Below, in pieces: positions 18,601 through 26,777 of a DNA stretch of 42,741 nt. The notes under the pieces are model-generated. The model ran no database searches. It was not told the DNA's origin and saw only the letters and a list, made by a program, of their open reading frames with translations. The position numbers and the translations under genes were made by a program. Positions within the stretch are counted from its first letter, which is position 1, and each line of letters opens with the position of its first letter. The stretch is from Limnochordia bacterium (GTDB lineage: Bacteria > Bacillota > Limnochordia > DTU080): the NCBI GenBank assembly GCA_050951545.1, contig JBMNJG010000015.1, positions 1-42,741 of the forward strand, read 5' to 3'.

Positions 18601-19592
18601 ACCTGTATGAGATTTACACTCGGTTTCAAGGACAAAAGGCGTCATCGCGAGCTCCTGTTGATCGGGCTGCCATCTGGAAGTGCCTAACAGAGTCAGCTTA
18701 CCTCCATGCGTCCGGATGCCGACCCATCCAGCTCGATGGCTATGATGTCTTGAAAGTAGACGGCATCGGTGACGTCACCGACGGCGCTTTCCTGACGATA
18801 TCTCCTGAGCTGTACGACAGGGGTCTACCGCGAGATCAAGGGAGGCTACACTTCGCCTCGTATGGGGATCCTGTGTTTGACACCATCATCCATAAAGTCT
18901 GCGATTACGAGCTCCCAGCTTGTGTGCGTCGTCTTGCAGTCTCACTGGATGCTCTCCCACACGCGGAAATCATTGCCTACGCCGTATTGTGTCAGAGTGC
19001 AGAAGGCGTGACCGAGGTGTGTCTCATCGAGTCGTGGGACGATGTCGTACAGCTTGAAGCTGGTGGGCGAGTGATTGCAGAGGAAGAGTCACTGACGGAC
19101 AGAGACATTGCTCCCCTCAAAGAGCAGCTCCTCCAAAGGACTCGTATGGAGTTCGTCCCGCATGTGATTGCCAGCGAACTGGAAAAGGAGAACATCATCA
19201 GTGGCAAGGCTCAGCAATTGCTCAATGTGTGTGTTATACAAGAGCTTTTGGAGGTCCGGGCCACCTCGGTTGGCTCGCAAGGGAGTTTCCACAATGTGTT
19301 ACGTGCTGTAGAAACACTCTCGGATGAGCGCCCGTCTGTCCAGGTTCCACTGGAGGCAGAGATCTTCCGCCCCGTGCAAGATAAGCTGTTGTTTGATATC
19401 GGAATACCTAGTGTGGGCCGTTGGGCAGCGTTGCGCACACCGCCGCTACTGCGGGAGAGTGCCATGGACGCGGCCCGCGTGATCGAAGATCGGGCCAAGA
19501 CGAGCAAAGGGGCAATGCCATACAAAGCGATGGTAGCCCGCTTGCGGCAAGAGGCTACTCAGTTGAAACTGGAGCTTGAGCGGATGGTTTGA
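15672..19592 (+). CDS. PLD-family nuclease fused to SNF2-type helicase (restriction-like system component D)
   Basis: YDRVAGYFRSSSL, HEKWLVLRD and TGSLNES (PLD); LCDEVGLGKT, DEAH, ATATPMQ, TDAAAEGLNLQ, VEQRIGRIDRIGQ; GGAGGGG RBS. Confidence 0.9.
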   Translation: MSTDLEGLRSHDWATEYRTSSGRSSDQPLNILHEFYVPALRLASSYDRVAGYFRSSSLAAASQGFSAFVDHGGKMRLIVGADLDVEDVRAIIAGDEARLARRLNDELTPKTPWPENVRNGVTLLSWMVAHAYLEVKVALRVHGTTREPLPFDSSDDGYVHEKWLVLRDRAGQRIAATGSLNESQTALVTNAENLVVFCDWDEGKDKERVRRFEADFEILWADAHRHLRVLPLPRAVEERLIRFSEGVESPVEIDGTTASPEVVPVASEPSTMERLRFAVTRDAPKMPGGRYVGLETAPVEPWPHQTMVVRRLIDTWPYAYLLCDEVGLGKTIEAGLAFRSLYLSGIVQRILVAAPASLTHQWQRQMATKMLLPFGRAVAAPNTRHEYIFPDEVSVPATSLYDADLIVISTGLLAREERARALGSARPFDIVLVDEAHAARRQNSTKGTRAHPEYGQLYRAIRDYVKPAAKSLWLATATPMQLHPVEVSDLIALTDRVGAYQFDPTLTLGYYEILGKLVRDGELNQSEWSFLQRSTKTLQVLDPFLWKYIEDNVIDGRSRMAITKWLDHGITPKRHECKLMKRVIFASAPLSRVMLRHTRPLLEIYQKRGELRQNLAKRHILHMPTIGFTLLEKQAYDDLEAYVVGLNEQLARHGDPQTRNMMQFFLSFMRLRFASSLFAIKETLKRRLEKVNATLARGDLTLSMDSEREMEGWVLQYEDEDDQDAVDSLLKGRQTADLLWEEERLKVMLQHLGQAELDVSSKMSELFGWLEERKDQSSGRIEQTVIFTRFYDTLTDIVRRLRFKDSEMRIGTYSGRGAGFLDPHTRQMVGLTREAVKELFLRGEIDVLVCTDAAAEGLNLQTADLLVNFDLGWNPMKVEQRIGRIDRIGQRHADIYVLNLCYAESAEATVYGRLWERLQEAHTVVGSQQASVLPITAEHFQQLTEGELTAEELMQEAEAALAEQQRRTASMEMSPDDLYEIYTRFQGQKASSRAPVDRAAIWKCLTESAYLHASGCRPIQLDGYDVLKVDGIGDVTDGAFLTISPELYDRGLPRDQGRLHFASYGDPVFDTIIHKVCDYELPACVRRLAVSLDALPHAEIIAYAVLCQSAEGVTEVCLIESWDDVVQLEAGGRVIAEEESLTDRDIAPLKEQLLQRTRMEFVPHVIASELEKENIISGKAQQLLNVCVIQELLEVRATSVGSQGSFHNVLRAVETLSDERPSVQVPLEAEIFRPVQDKLLFDIGIPSVGRWAALRTPPLLRESAMDAARVIEDRAKTSKGAMPYKAMVARLRQEATQLKLELERMV

Positions 19593-19759
19593 TCTACTCG
19601 TCTAGTGGCCTCGACTCCTCTCAATCCTGCCCTCAAGAAGCCCGTAGAGACAGGTAGCATAGGGTAATGCCTAGAACCGATGCGATCAGGAAAGGTTGGC
19701 AGACGTGAGGAGCATTTCGGGAGGGCCTGGTCTTGACGAGGGACGATGCGTGCCCGAGG

Positions 19760-20657
19760 GAAGCGGACCATATCCTGGCTGGCTGAAGGCCCGACTACGC
19801 GTTTGGGCTCCAAGTCGCGCGCTCCCTGGGTCTACATCCAGGAGGTTGTAGGTGGCGTATCCTTGAATGGCTACTTTGCCAGTCATGGCTATCTAGCAGG
19901 TGCGCATTGGGGTTGTTGTCTGGCATGCCTGTTTGCCACAGATCGTGGAGATAGTTGAGAGCGCGGACGCCGCGTTCATTATTCAGGTCTTCCTCGGTAT
20001 CTCCTATGCTGATAATACCCCTGTCCAACAGTTCCATAGCCAGGTGCAGGCCGTAGAATGCCGATGTTCGACTGTGCGTATTGGCGTATCCGTACGCTCT
20101 CACAGTGCCATCGCTGTCGTAACGAGTCATTTTCCGAGTTGCTTTTAGCAGAGAGTCCCAGTCATTCGGCATTTCCACACCGCTCGTGGCCAATGCCTCG
20201 GTATTGTAGAGATCGAAGGTACCCCACATCGCGAAAGGCATGGCGTCAACCTGGCCCTTGCTGTCACTGACGGAGGCGAATAGATCAGGTACGAAGTCTC
20301 GCTTCTCGGCATAGGCGTCTAGGTAGCGATTGAGAGGTAGGGTCATGCCCTGGCCAATGCGGTTCGGAATGAGGTTGGCTGCGTAGTAGCAGATGTCCGG
20401 GCCCGTTCCTGCGGCAGAGGCCGCAATGACGGTAGTGGCGACTGCTTCGTAGGGCATCAGTCCGAAGTCAAGTGCAATATCCGAATTACTGGCGTTGAAC
20501 TGGGCGTTCTAGGCTTTCACCCACTCGGTGACAGCAGGCGTGCCCGAATAGAACCATACAGTGATCGGCACCGGAGCAGCGGAGCGGTAGGACTAGAAAC
20601 ACAAAGGGCCAACGTAAACGCGCATCGGTCCGTCGCACATGCTTCTCTTTTGGCCAT
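19760..20657 (-). pseudogene. Degraded sugar SBP paralog of 26778-28073
   Basis: Colinear peptides (GTGPDICYY, MPFAMWG, GMPDNNPNAH). In-frame TAG at ~20509, frameshift at ~19890, C-terminus lost after QDMVR. Confidence 0.85.
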
Positions 20658-20658
20658 T

Positions 20659-21176
20659 CTAGAGCCCTTTTAGGACGATAGCCGACATCTGCCACGACAG
20701 GCCTTTTCTCTGGAGAACCAAGGAGATGGTTTGCGGGGCGTCTGCGCTGTCGGAAAGGGTAACGACAAAGCGACTAAGCCCTTGATAGCGCATCTTGGCC
20801 AGCACTTCGTTCTGGACGACCACCGGGGGCGTATCGTCGAATCCTCGTGCCCGGCCATTGAGCATCGCTGAGAGACCTGCTGGCGAAACCAAGCTATCCA
20901 TCACCGGACAGACCAAGGTTCCTCCTATTGCGGTCTCGAATTCCGAGAGGGTGTGATCGGCAGCTCCCATCTCTTGCATGAACATGGCGGTCAGGGCGCT
21001 CTCCACACTCGCCTGAACTGCAGGAAAGCCGACATGACGGGCCAGAGCCTCGGAATCCCCTTTCCCGGCGATTTGCCTGGCGTTGCGGACGCGATGTAGG
21101 GTGAGGCGAACAAAGCTCCTCCCGCGGCTATGATGATCAGGTTGGTGACGATGAGGATGAACTCATCGTGCACCAC
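20659..21176 (-). pseudogene. DUF2939-like protein, frameshifted paralog of 28817-29338
   Basis: 1-bp deletion (ATCGCGTC vs ATCGCCGTC) near 21090 splits it into ORFs 20991-21176 and 20659-21006. Confidence 0.8.
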
Positions 21177-21351
21177 ACTACCCCTTCCTTGCCGTGTAGT
21201 TTGCTAGGAGTCTTTTCTACTCCTGGATCGAATGCGGAAATCGCGCCAAGAGTACAGGTGCGCTTGGGGCGCGCTGTAGAAGCAGTACGGGCACTGTGAA
21301 CGCCGCCGACATGCCGACACGGCGTAGCACGATTGTCCGGGGAGGTCTTCT

Positions 21352-21798
21352 GTGGTGGTGGTAGGGGAGCCGTCTCACCGCCAAGCTTTTGGCTTGGCCT
21401 GTCTACTCTCCTTGTGTAGCTGTACATCCGCCCAGGCCTTTACTGGTGGTAGTCATATTCTCGTGGGCGCGGCCTTGGCTCCCACAACGGGCAGCATTGT
21501 GGTGAGCTTCGTCGTTGGAGTCGCAAGCCACACACTCTTGGATGCTATGCCTCACTGGGAGTTTGGCCCCTTTGCCTATCCCGAACTGCGTACAGGTCCA
21601 TACGCCGACCAGATAATCAGGGTGATGGACGGGCCCATCATACCCTACGGCTCTCGCCATCCTTTGTATACCGCGTTTCGTACCCCGGTTGGCGACATCT
21701 TGACTCAGGCCATTCAAGGAAAGATGCCAGTGCCAGCTGCACTTGAGCAGGCAGAAAAAACGCTGCGGCAAGTCGTGGCTGAAGCGGAGAAGAAGTAG
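21352..21798 (+). pseudogene. In-frame chimera: membrane hydrolase N-terminus fused to SBP C-terminus
   Basis: First ~75 aa match 29556-29776 (up to LLDAMPHWE.GP); the rest equals the SBP tail at 7246-7468. Confidence 0.85.
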
Positions 21799-21800
21799 TC
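21539..21800 (+). repeat. 262-bp direct repeat, copy 2
   Basis: Matches 7209-7470 with 2 mismatches. Confidence 0.95.
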
Positions 21801-21801
21801 C

Positions 21802-21839
21802 GCAGCAAAACGGGGGGCGCATCGCCCCCCGTCTGCTGC
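21802..21839 (-). terminator. Intrinsic terminator between convergent genes
   Basis: Stem ACGGGGGGCG/CGCCCCCCGT with a short T run on the minus strand, downstream of the 1312-aa gene. Confidence 0.75.
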
Positions 21840-21857
21840 AAAGCCGACAACTCTCTT

Positions 21858-24800
21858 TTACTCTACCCGATGACCTTTCATTGTCACCTCACCTAGCTGC
21901 ACTTCAGACGGTAGCTTTTCTGTGAGAGTAATCCGCAGCCAATGCGTAGTGACATCAGGGGCAGACACGTAACGCAGGCGGATTTTCTGCCACCCCTCCG
22001 ACGAGCGTTCTACCACCTGTGTCTCATAGGACACATCGTGCCAATCAGTCCCATCCTCAGATACGGCGAGAGTCAGCCCATCTTTGAGTTCAACGGGCGT
22101 GGCGTACAAGATAACCTCGCACTCTTGCAGCAACGGTGTCGACCAGGTTAGATGCTCATGACTTGAGGTGGCACGGGTCAGGCGATCCGGATCGCCGAAG
22201 AACACCTCCGGACGATCTCCCTCATACTCCCAACCATCGGATTTGTCCTCCACCCTCAGGCGATCCAGGGAAAAGCCGAAGGCCATGATCGGTGTCTGCA
22301 AGCGATCTTCAAGGCTCCACCAGTTGCGTACTCTAAACGCACACTGTTTCGTAGAGGGCCCCTGAATGCGGTCGACCACTGTCACGATCAGCTTATGCAA
22401 GCCGTCTTCCAGGGCCCAGGTGTCGAGCAGGTAGTCCTCCAACGCATGGGGATCCGTGCTGGCAAAGACCTGCTCTCCATCGAGCGTAAGCGTGAGCTCT
22501 ACAATATCGTCCGGCTTGTCGGTGAGCACTCGGATACCTAACGGTACTGACCCGCGAAGGGTCACATTCTCGCGCATCTCACCCGCAAACTGGATCCATA
22601 CTGGAATCCGCCACTCCGACAGGCGAGCGAGTACATCAGAAGCAAAATGCAGGGTCTGTGCGATGGATTTTCCGTCGCCGCGAGTACCGGCCTGTACATG
22701 GGCCATCGTCGCCGCATCAGCGATTTCCAGCAGGCGATTATCGCCGCGAATCGCACCCACGTAGGCTATCGCCGGCACCACGAGCATATTGAGACCTGTT
22801 TTAGCGTCATATAAGGGTGCACCATCCATCTCGGCAGAGTAGGGCCATCCGTTTTGTTGTGAATTCCAGGACTTAAGTACCCATTCCACTCCGGCCTCAA
22901 GGGATTTAAGCACTTCCGGGTCACCCGTCTCCGCATGATAGGCCTGCAAGCCGCTGAGCAATACGCCTATCAAGTACAGGTTGTTGCCCACTGCTCCAGG
23001 CTTCCAGCCATCGTGACCTGACGGGAGAAGATGCGGCCATGCCCCTGTCACTGCCAAATCCTGCTCTCTTAGGGCTATAGAGGCAATATGCTCAGCCGCT
23101 TCCATGTAGACGGGGTCATACGTGCCGCGAAATAGAGCGGTGAGCGCTTTGAGGGACCAACCCGCGGTGCGTTCATGGTTTCCTAGGGCTCTAAACTCTG
23201 GGGCCATAGCCCACGCCATATGCTCACCGAGGGCCAGCGCAGCTTCCATCACGCGGGCGTCACCGGCCAGATACCAAGCGTCCATCATGCCATCTGCCCA
23301 AGTGTGACCGTTTGAGGCCCTAAAGCTGACGTCAAAAGACTTGCTCCACGTCGCTTGCGGCATGACCTGGTACGATACACCCGTATGCCCGACCGAGTGC
23401 TGCGCATTGGCACCAATGTAAGTGGGATCGGGTGAGGCGTGAATGATGTCCACATCGGCCTGATGACGCGCCGCAGCCAAGGCAAGACGGTAGTAGCGGC
23501 GATCGCCAGTGCGAATGAACTCCATGAAGAAACCATGGGCCAGATCGTATTCATTGTTGCCCCAGTTGCGCCCCCGTTCGCCAAACCAGTCGCCGTAGTT
23601 GAGATAGCCAAATTCCCGGGCCTTCGTTTTTCTATCGATGTGGTCTGAGTAGCTCTCAGAAACGAAATCGTTCCAGATGGCCATCCGCTCGCCACCTGAT
23701 ACGGTAAAGGAGCCTAGGGTGTTGGTCTCGCTATACCATTCAGCTGGGATAACTGCTACCACTGGAAGGCGTCCTTCTGCCGCCATTTCCTCAGCAGGGG
23801 TCTGGCCAGCAAAGTCAATCGTGATGCTCTCAGTAAACGAGTTGCCCCATTTGAAGCGGTACTTGCCAGAGACAAACGGGAACATCAGATGAAAAGGCAG
23901 GTCGACGCCAAACTTGGAGTCAGGCTGTTCGGGAAGCAGCTCGAAAGAGAGCCTGTTGCCGTTTGCAGCCAACCCCTTCGGCCAACGCTCCTGAAAGTCG
24001 TGTACGACCGCGGTAATGACCCCTTGTGCACCAGCCACGCGCACGACTCCGGGGCTCATGCCGGACACCCAAGCGGGTAGCTGGCTGACAACCTTCTCGT
24101 TCACAAGCGTCGTCTTCTCGTCACTCTGGAACAGATGAAGTCCTTCACCGGAATCACTGTGGGGTTGTAGCCCGCCCCCCTGCTGGCCCGTGAAGACTTG
24201 TGCATCCTCGATCATCCCCACAGTCTCGATGGGCATGTACAAAGAAGTGATGTCCGTGAATTCCGTTTCCAAGAAGTCGTTCACATGCGTATGCGCAATG
24301 CCGACTCGGGTTGAACCCGCCCGGAACGTCAGGCGCGTCACGTAACGCATATACTCATCGCCGTTGTCGGCACCGTATTTGCCTTCGACGCGAATAACAA
24401 CCTTTTCGCTCCCGACCTCTTCGACTCGCACGCTTTCGGGTGGGCGCGCGGAGGTAGTGAAGAGTCTGCCGTGCTCGTCAATGAGCCCAACCCCTTCGGC
24501 TCCCGAAAAAGCGACGCGCTCGCCACCAACCCACACGCCATCAAACAATCTAAAGGCTTTCTTGCCTATGTGGGCGCACAGTGGCCCAGTGGTGACGGCG
24601 ATGATGTCGTCGTTTTCTTCGACCACGACTCCTCTTTGTGGTGGTGGCACCTTTCTTTGGACCTCACTGCCAAAATCAAGGGCATAGGTTCGCTTCTCGC
24701 CAGCCTGGAAACGGTCCGTGAGATCGATCAGCACCCACTTCAAGCTGCCATCGGGCCAGAACGAGGTCGCAGTAAACTGGGCAGGGACTTCCTCCCCCGT

Positions 24801-25796
24801 CGGCGCTGAAAGACGGAAGTGTTCCAGATCATAGACTCCGCCTAAGGGCAAGGGAAATCCGAAGGTGGTGGGCGCTTCTTGCCTTTCAACACCCGCCTCT
24901 TCGAGCAGTTCAATCTCGACCCTACGCCTGGCAATAGCACCCAAGCGACCAGGATGAGCCGCTTCGTAGGTGAACGGAACCAACGGACGTGGTCGGCCAA
25001 AGGAGAAGGACTGCCTTGCCGCCGCGGCCTGATAAGACAACCCCTTGTTCTCCAAGGTCTCATACTTCACGTGTTCATCCATATAGCGGTAGGCGGTGCG
25101 CGGGCTGAGACTCGTCAGTCTGACGCGATTGAGAACCCCAAGTCGAGCCACACTCTGGCGGGCTAGCTTGACAGCCTGACGCACAGTAGAGTCGGACTCA
25201 CCGATTTTCCTCCCACTGGAATACCGCTCCGCCAACAGATGCACCGAGAAACTGACCGTTTCTGCGTCACCACGCAACGGTGCCTCCAAGACCATGTATA
25301 GAGTGTCGTCCTCAACGGACGCCCCAGCGAAGATTGAATCCAGGGGATAGGCCGTACCGAAGTTGCGTACCCCCACGGTTCCCTCTGACAGAGTGACCAT
25401 GACATCGACGCCCTGATGTGGCACGCTATCTTGGCGGCCTGTCTGCCGATTGTCATCTAGATCTAGGTAGAAATGAAGAAGCGAGCCGTCATCAAAACGC
25501 ACCTTGTTCCCGAACGTCACCCGGAAAACAAGACGTTGCATACCGACATGCGCGACCTCTAACGACAGGATATCCGGGGCGTTGGCTAAGGCCTGCTCCG
25601 GTGTGTAATCCCGATGTGGGCTCGTCGCCACTAACTGAAACTTAGGTTCTGTATCCAGCGGAATACCCATAAGTGCCTTTACGTCTTCGCTTATCCGACT
25701 CGCAGCCGCGTTGGTACAGGCGGTGACGAGAAGCAACGCAGTGATGATGAGAATCCACGTCCAATGAAAGCTAACATTTGGAAACAGTGCGGGCAA
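21858..25796 (-). CDS. Large secreted modular protein, YetA/PcRGLX exo-rhamnogalacturonan-lyase-like core plus Ig-like C-terminal modules
   Basis: Signal peptide; TFGFPLPLG...WPDGSLKW barrel; FGYLNYGDW, WGNNEYD, ARHQADVD, GHTW, ERTAGW alpha/alpha-barrel motifs; LDTWALEDGLHKL Ig-like motif. Confidence 0.7.
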   Translation of the reverse strand: MPALFPNVSFHWTWILIITALLLVTACTNAAASRISEDVKALMGIPLDTEPKFQLVATSPHRDYTPEQALANAPDILSLEVAHVGMQRLVFRVTFGNKVRFDDGSLLHFYLDLDDNRQTGRQDSVPHQGVDVMVTLSEGTVGVRNFGTAYPLDSIFAGASVEDDTLYMVLEAPLRGDAETVSFSVHLLAERYSSGRKIGESDSTVRQAVKLARQSVARLGVLNRVRLTSLSPRTAYRYMDEHVKYETLENKGLSYQAAAARQSFSFGRPRPLVPFTYEAAHPGRLGAIARRRVEIELLEEAGVERQEAPTTFGFPLPLGGVYDLEHFRLSAPTGEEVPAQFTATSFWPDGSLKWVLIDLTDRFQAGEKRTYALDFGSEVQRKVPPPQRGVVVEENDDIIAVTTGPLCAHIGKKAFRLFDGVWVGGERVAFSGAEGVGLIDEHGRLFTTSARPPESVRVEEVGSEKVVIRVEGKYGADNGDEYMRYVTRLTFRAGSTRVGIAHTHVNDFLETEFTDITSLYMPIETVGMIEDAQVFTGQQGGGLQPHSDSGEGLHLFQSDEKTTLVNEKVVSQLPAWVSGMSPGVVRVAGAQGVITAVVHDFQERWPKGLAANGNRLSFELLPEQPDSKFGVDLPFHLMFPFVSGKYRFKWGNSFTESITIDFAGQTPAEEMAAEGRLPVVAVIPAEWYSETNTLGSFTVSGGERMAIWNDFVSESYSDHIDRKTKAREFGYLNYGDWFGERGRNWGNNEYDLAHGFFMEFIRTGDRRYYRLALAAARHQADVDIIHASPDPTYIGANAQHSVGHTGVSYQVMPQATWSKSFDVSFRASNGHTWADGMMDAWYLAGDARVMEAALALGEHMAWAMAPEFRALGNHERTAGWSLKALTALFRGTYDPVYMEAAEHIASIALREQDLAVTGAWPHLLPSGHDGWKPGAVGNNLYLIGVLLSGLQAYHAETGDPEVLKSLEAGVEWVLKSWNSQQNGWPYSAEMDGAPLYDAKTGLNMLVVPAIAYVGAIRGDNRLLEIADAATMAHVQAGTRGDGKSIAQTLHFASDVLARLSEWRIPVWIQFAGEMRENVTLRGSVPLGIRVLTDKPDDIVELTLTLDGEQVFASTDPHALEDYLLDTWALEDGLHKLIVTVVDRIQGPSTKQCAFRVRNWWSLEDRLQTPIMAFGFSLDRLRVEDKSDGWEYEGDRPEVFFGDPDRLTRATSSHEHLTWSTPLLQECEVILYATPVELKDGLTLAVSEDGTDWHDVSYETQVVERSSEGWQKIRLRYVSAPDVTTHWLRITLTEKLPSEVQLGEVTMKGHRVE

Positions 25797-25916
25797 AATA
25801 CCCCCCCCTTAAGGTCAAGCTACCCCCATCTTTCACTGTCTGTGATGTTTTACCTTCATGGCTAGCAGGGCAGATTCACCGATATACACGGCGTCAGCAC
25901 CCAGGGCTAGAGCTTT

Positions 25917-25980
25917 GGCGAAATCGACGTCCTGGTATGTACCGACACCGCGGCAGAGGGTCTAGACCTGCAAACAGCGG
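25917..25980 (+). pseudogene. 64-bp relic of an SNF2 helicase (GEIDVLVCTDTAAEGLDLQTA)
   Basis: 51/64 identical to 18198-18261 by manual alignment. Confidence 0.8.
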
Positions 25981-25993
25981 GAGCGGGCACAAG

Positions 25994-26370
25994 CTATGAG
26001 ACGGGCCACGGTGTGAGAACGTGAACCCCCATCCTGCCGGCGGCTTCGCGTAGCGTCTGGTCCCGAGTTGCGAGCGGTAGAGCAAGCTTTTTCGCCAATA
26101 GTAAGAAGGACGCGTCACAGGCGGAAAGCGAGGAATCGCGCCCCGCCACCAAGAGGTCCGGGAGGCGGCCAATCGACTCGTTATCCTGAATAAGGATGGG
26201 TCCCCCATAGGCAGAACGTTGGCAACCTCCAACGCCCACAGGCTTGGTGCAATGGCTGGTGCATTCAGTAGCGTGTGGAGGACGGCATCTGCGTAATCAT
26301 CAGCCTCGTCTTCGAAACACCAGGCCATGGTAGTTGAGGCGTCTAGAACGAATCGGGCGTTGGCTTTCAT
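25994..26370 (-). pseudogene. vapC: VapC PIN-domain toxin, internally deleted and frameshifted
   Basis: FVLDAS..AWCFEDE..PSLWALEVANVL in one frame; LSACDASFLLLA..LPLATRD..LREAA in another. Confidence 0.85.
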
Positions 26371-26609
26371 CTCCTGCCCTCCTGAAGGAACTCGCGGATC
26401 TCCCCGCCCAGGCGCCTACCGCGCCGGGTGGCCTATAACTTGTCAATGACGGCTTGCGTTCGCACGGGGTCTGGTTGGGGAATGGGGGAAAGCATCGCTA
26501 CAGGCTTACCGTGACGGGTGATAACAGCACGCCGTCCTTTTTCGACTTCTGTCAACAATTCAGCGAACCGGGTCCTTGCCTCGTACATGCCGACCTCATC
26601 ATCCATCAT
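26367..26609 (-). pseudogene. Phd/YefM antitoxin with premature TAG (not in ORF track)
   Basis: MMDDEVGMYEARTRFAELLTEVEKGRRAVITRHGKPVAML...IDKL*ATRRGRRLGGEIREFLQEGRR; TAG at 26433-26435; ATGA overlap with vapC. Confidence 0.85.
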
Positions 26610-26646
26610 CGATCCCCCTTGGTAGCCACCTCAGTGCCGCTAATCC

Positions 26647-26679
26647 GACTAGTCTAAACGCGACGCAGCTGCGTGTCAA
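26647..26679 (-). promoter_or_regulatory. Sigma70-type promoter of the TA operon with palindromic operator
   Basis: TTGACA-N17-TAGACT; palindromes GACTAGTC (over -10) and ACGCAGCTGCGT (spacer). Confidence 0.75.
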
Positions 26680-26718
26680 CATGTCTGAGCCAAGTTGCTT
26701 GAGATACATGCCACGTAA

Positions 26719-26744
26719 GGGACCGTGGTGCATGCCACGGCCCC
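26719..26744 (-). terminator. Hairpin downstream of SBP gene
   Basis: GGGGCCGTGG-N6-CCACGGTCCC on the minus strand; weak T-tract. Confidence 0.45.
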
Positions 26745-26777
26745 TGGCACTCCGTTCTGATTACCTCCCGAGACGCC

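Noticed and set aside
1775-19592. Calling the island DISARM or BREX
   Set aside because: DUF1998 is fused to the helicase rather than a separate DrmB, no PglZ/BrxC/PglX motifs are seen, and the two operons are separated by a repeat-bounded junction.
20509-26435. In-frame TAG codons in the SBP relic and the antitoxin as amber recoding (pyrrolysine or alternative code)
   Set aside because: Many intact genes here end at TAG at natural C-termini. The SBP relic also has frameshifts and the antitoxin's partner toxin is broken. No pyl genes seen.
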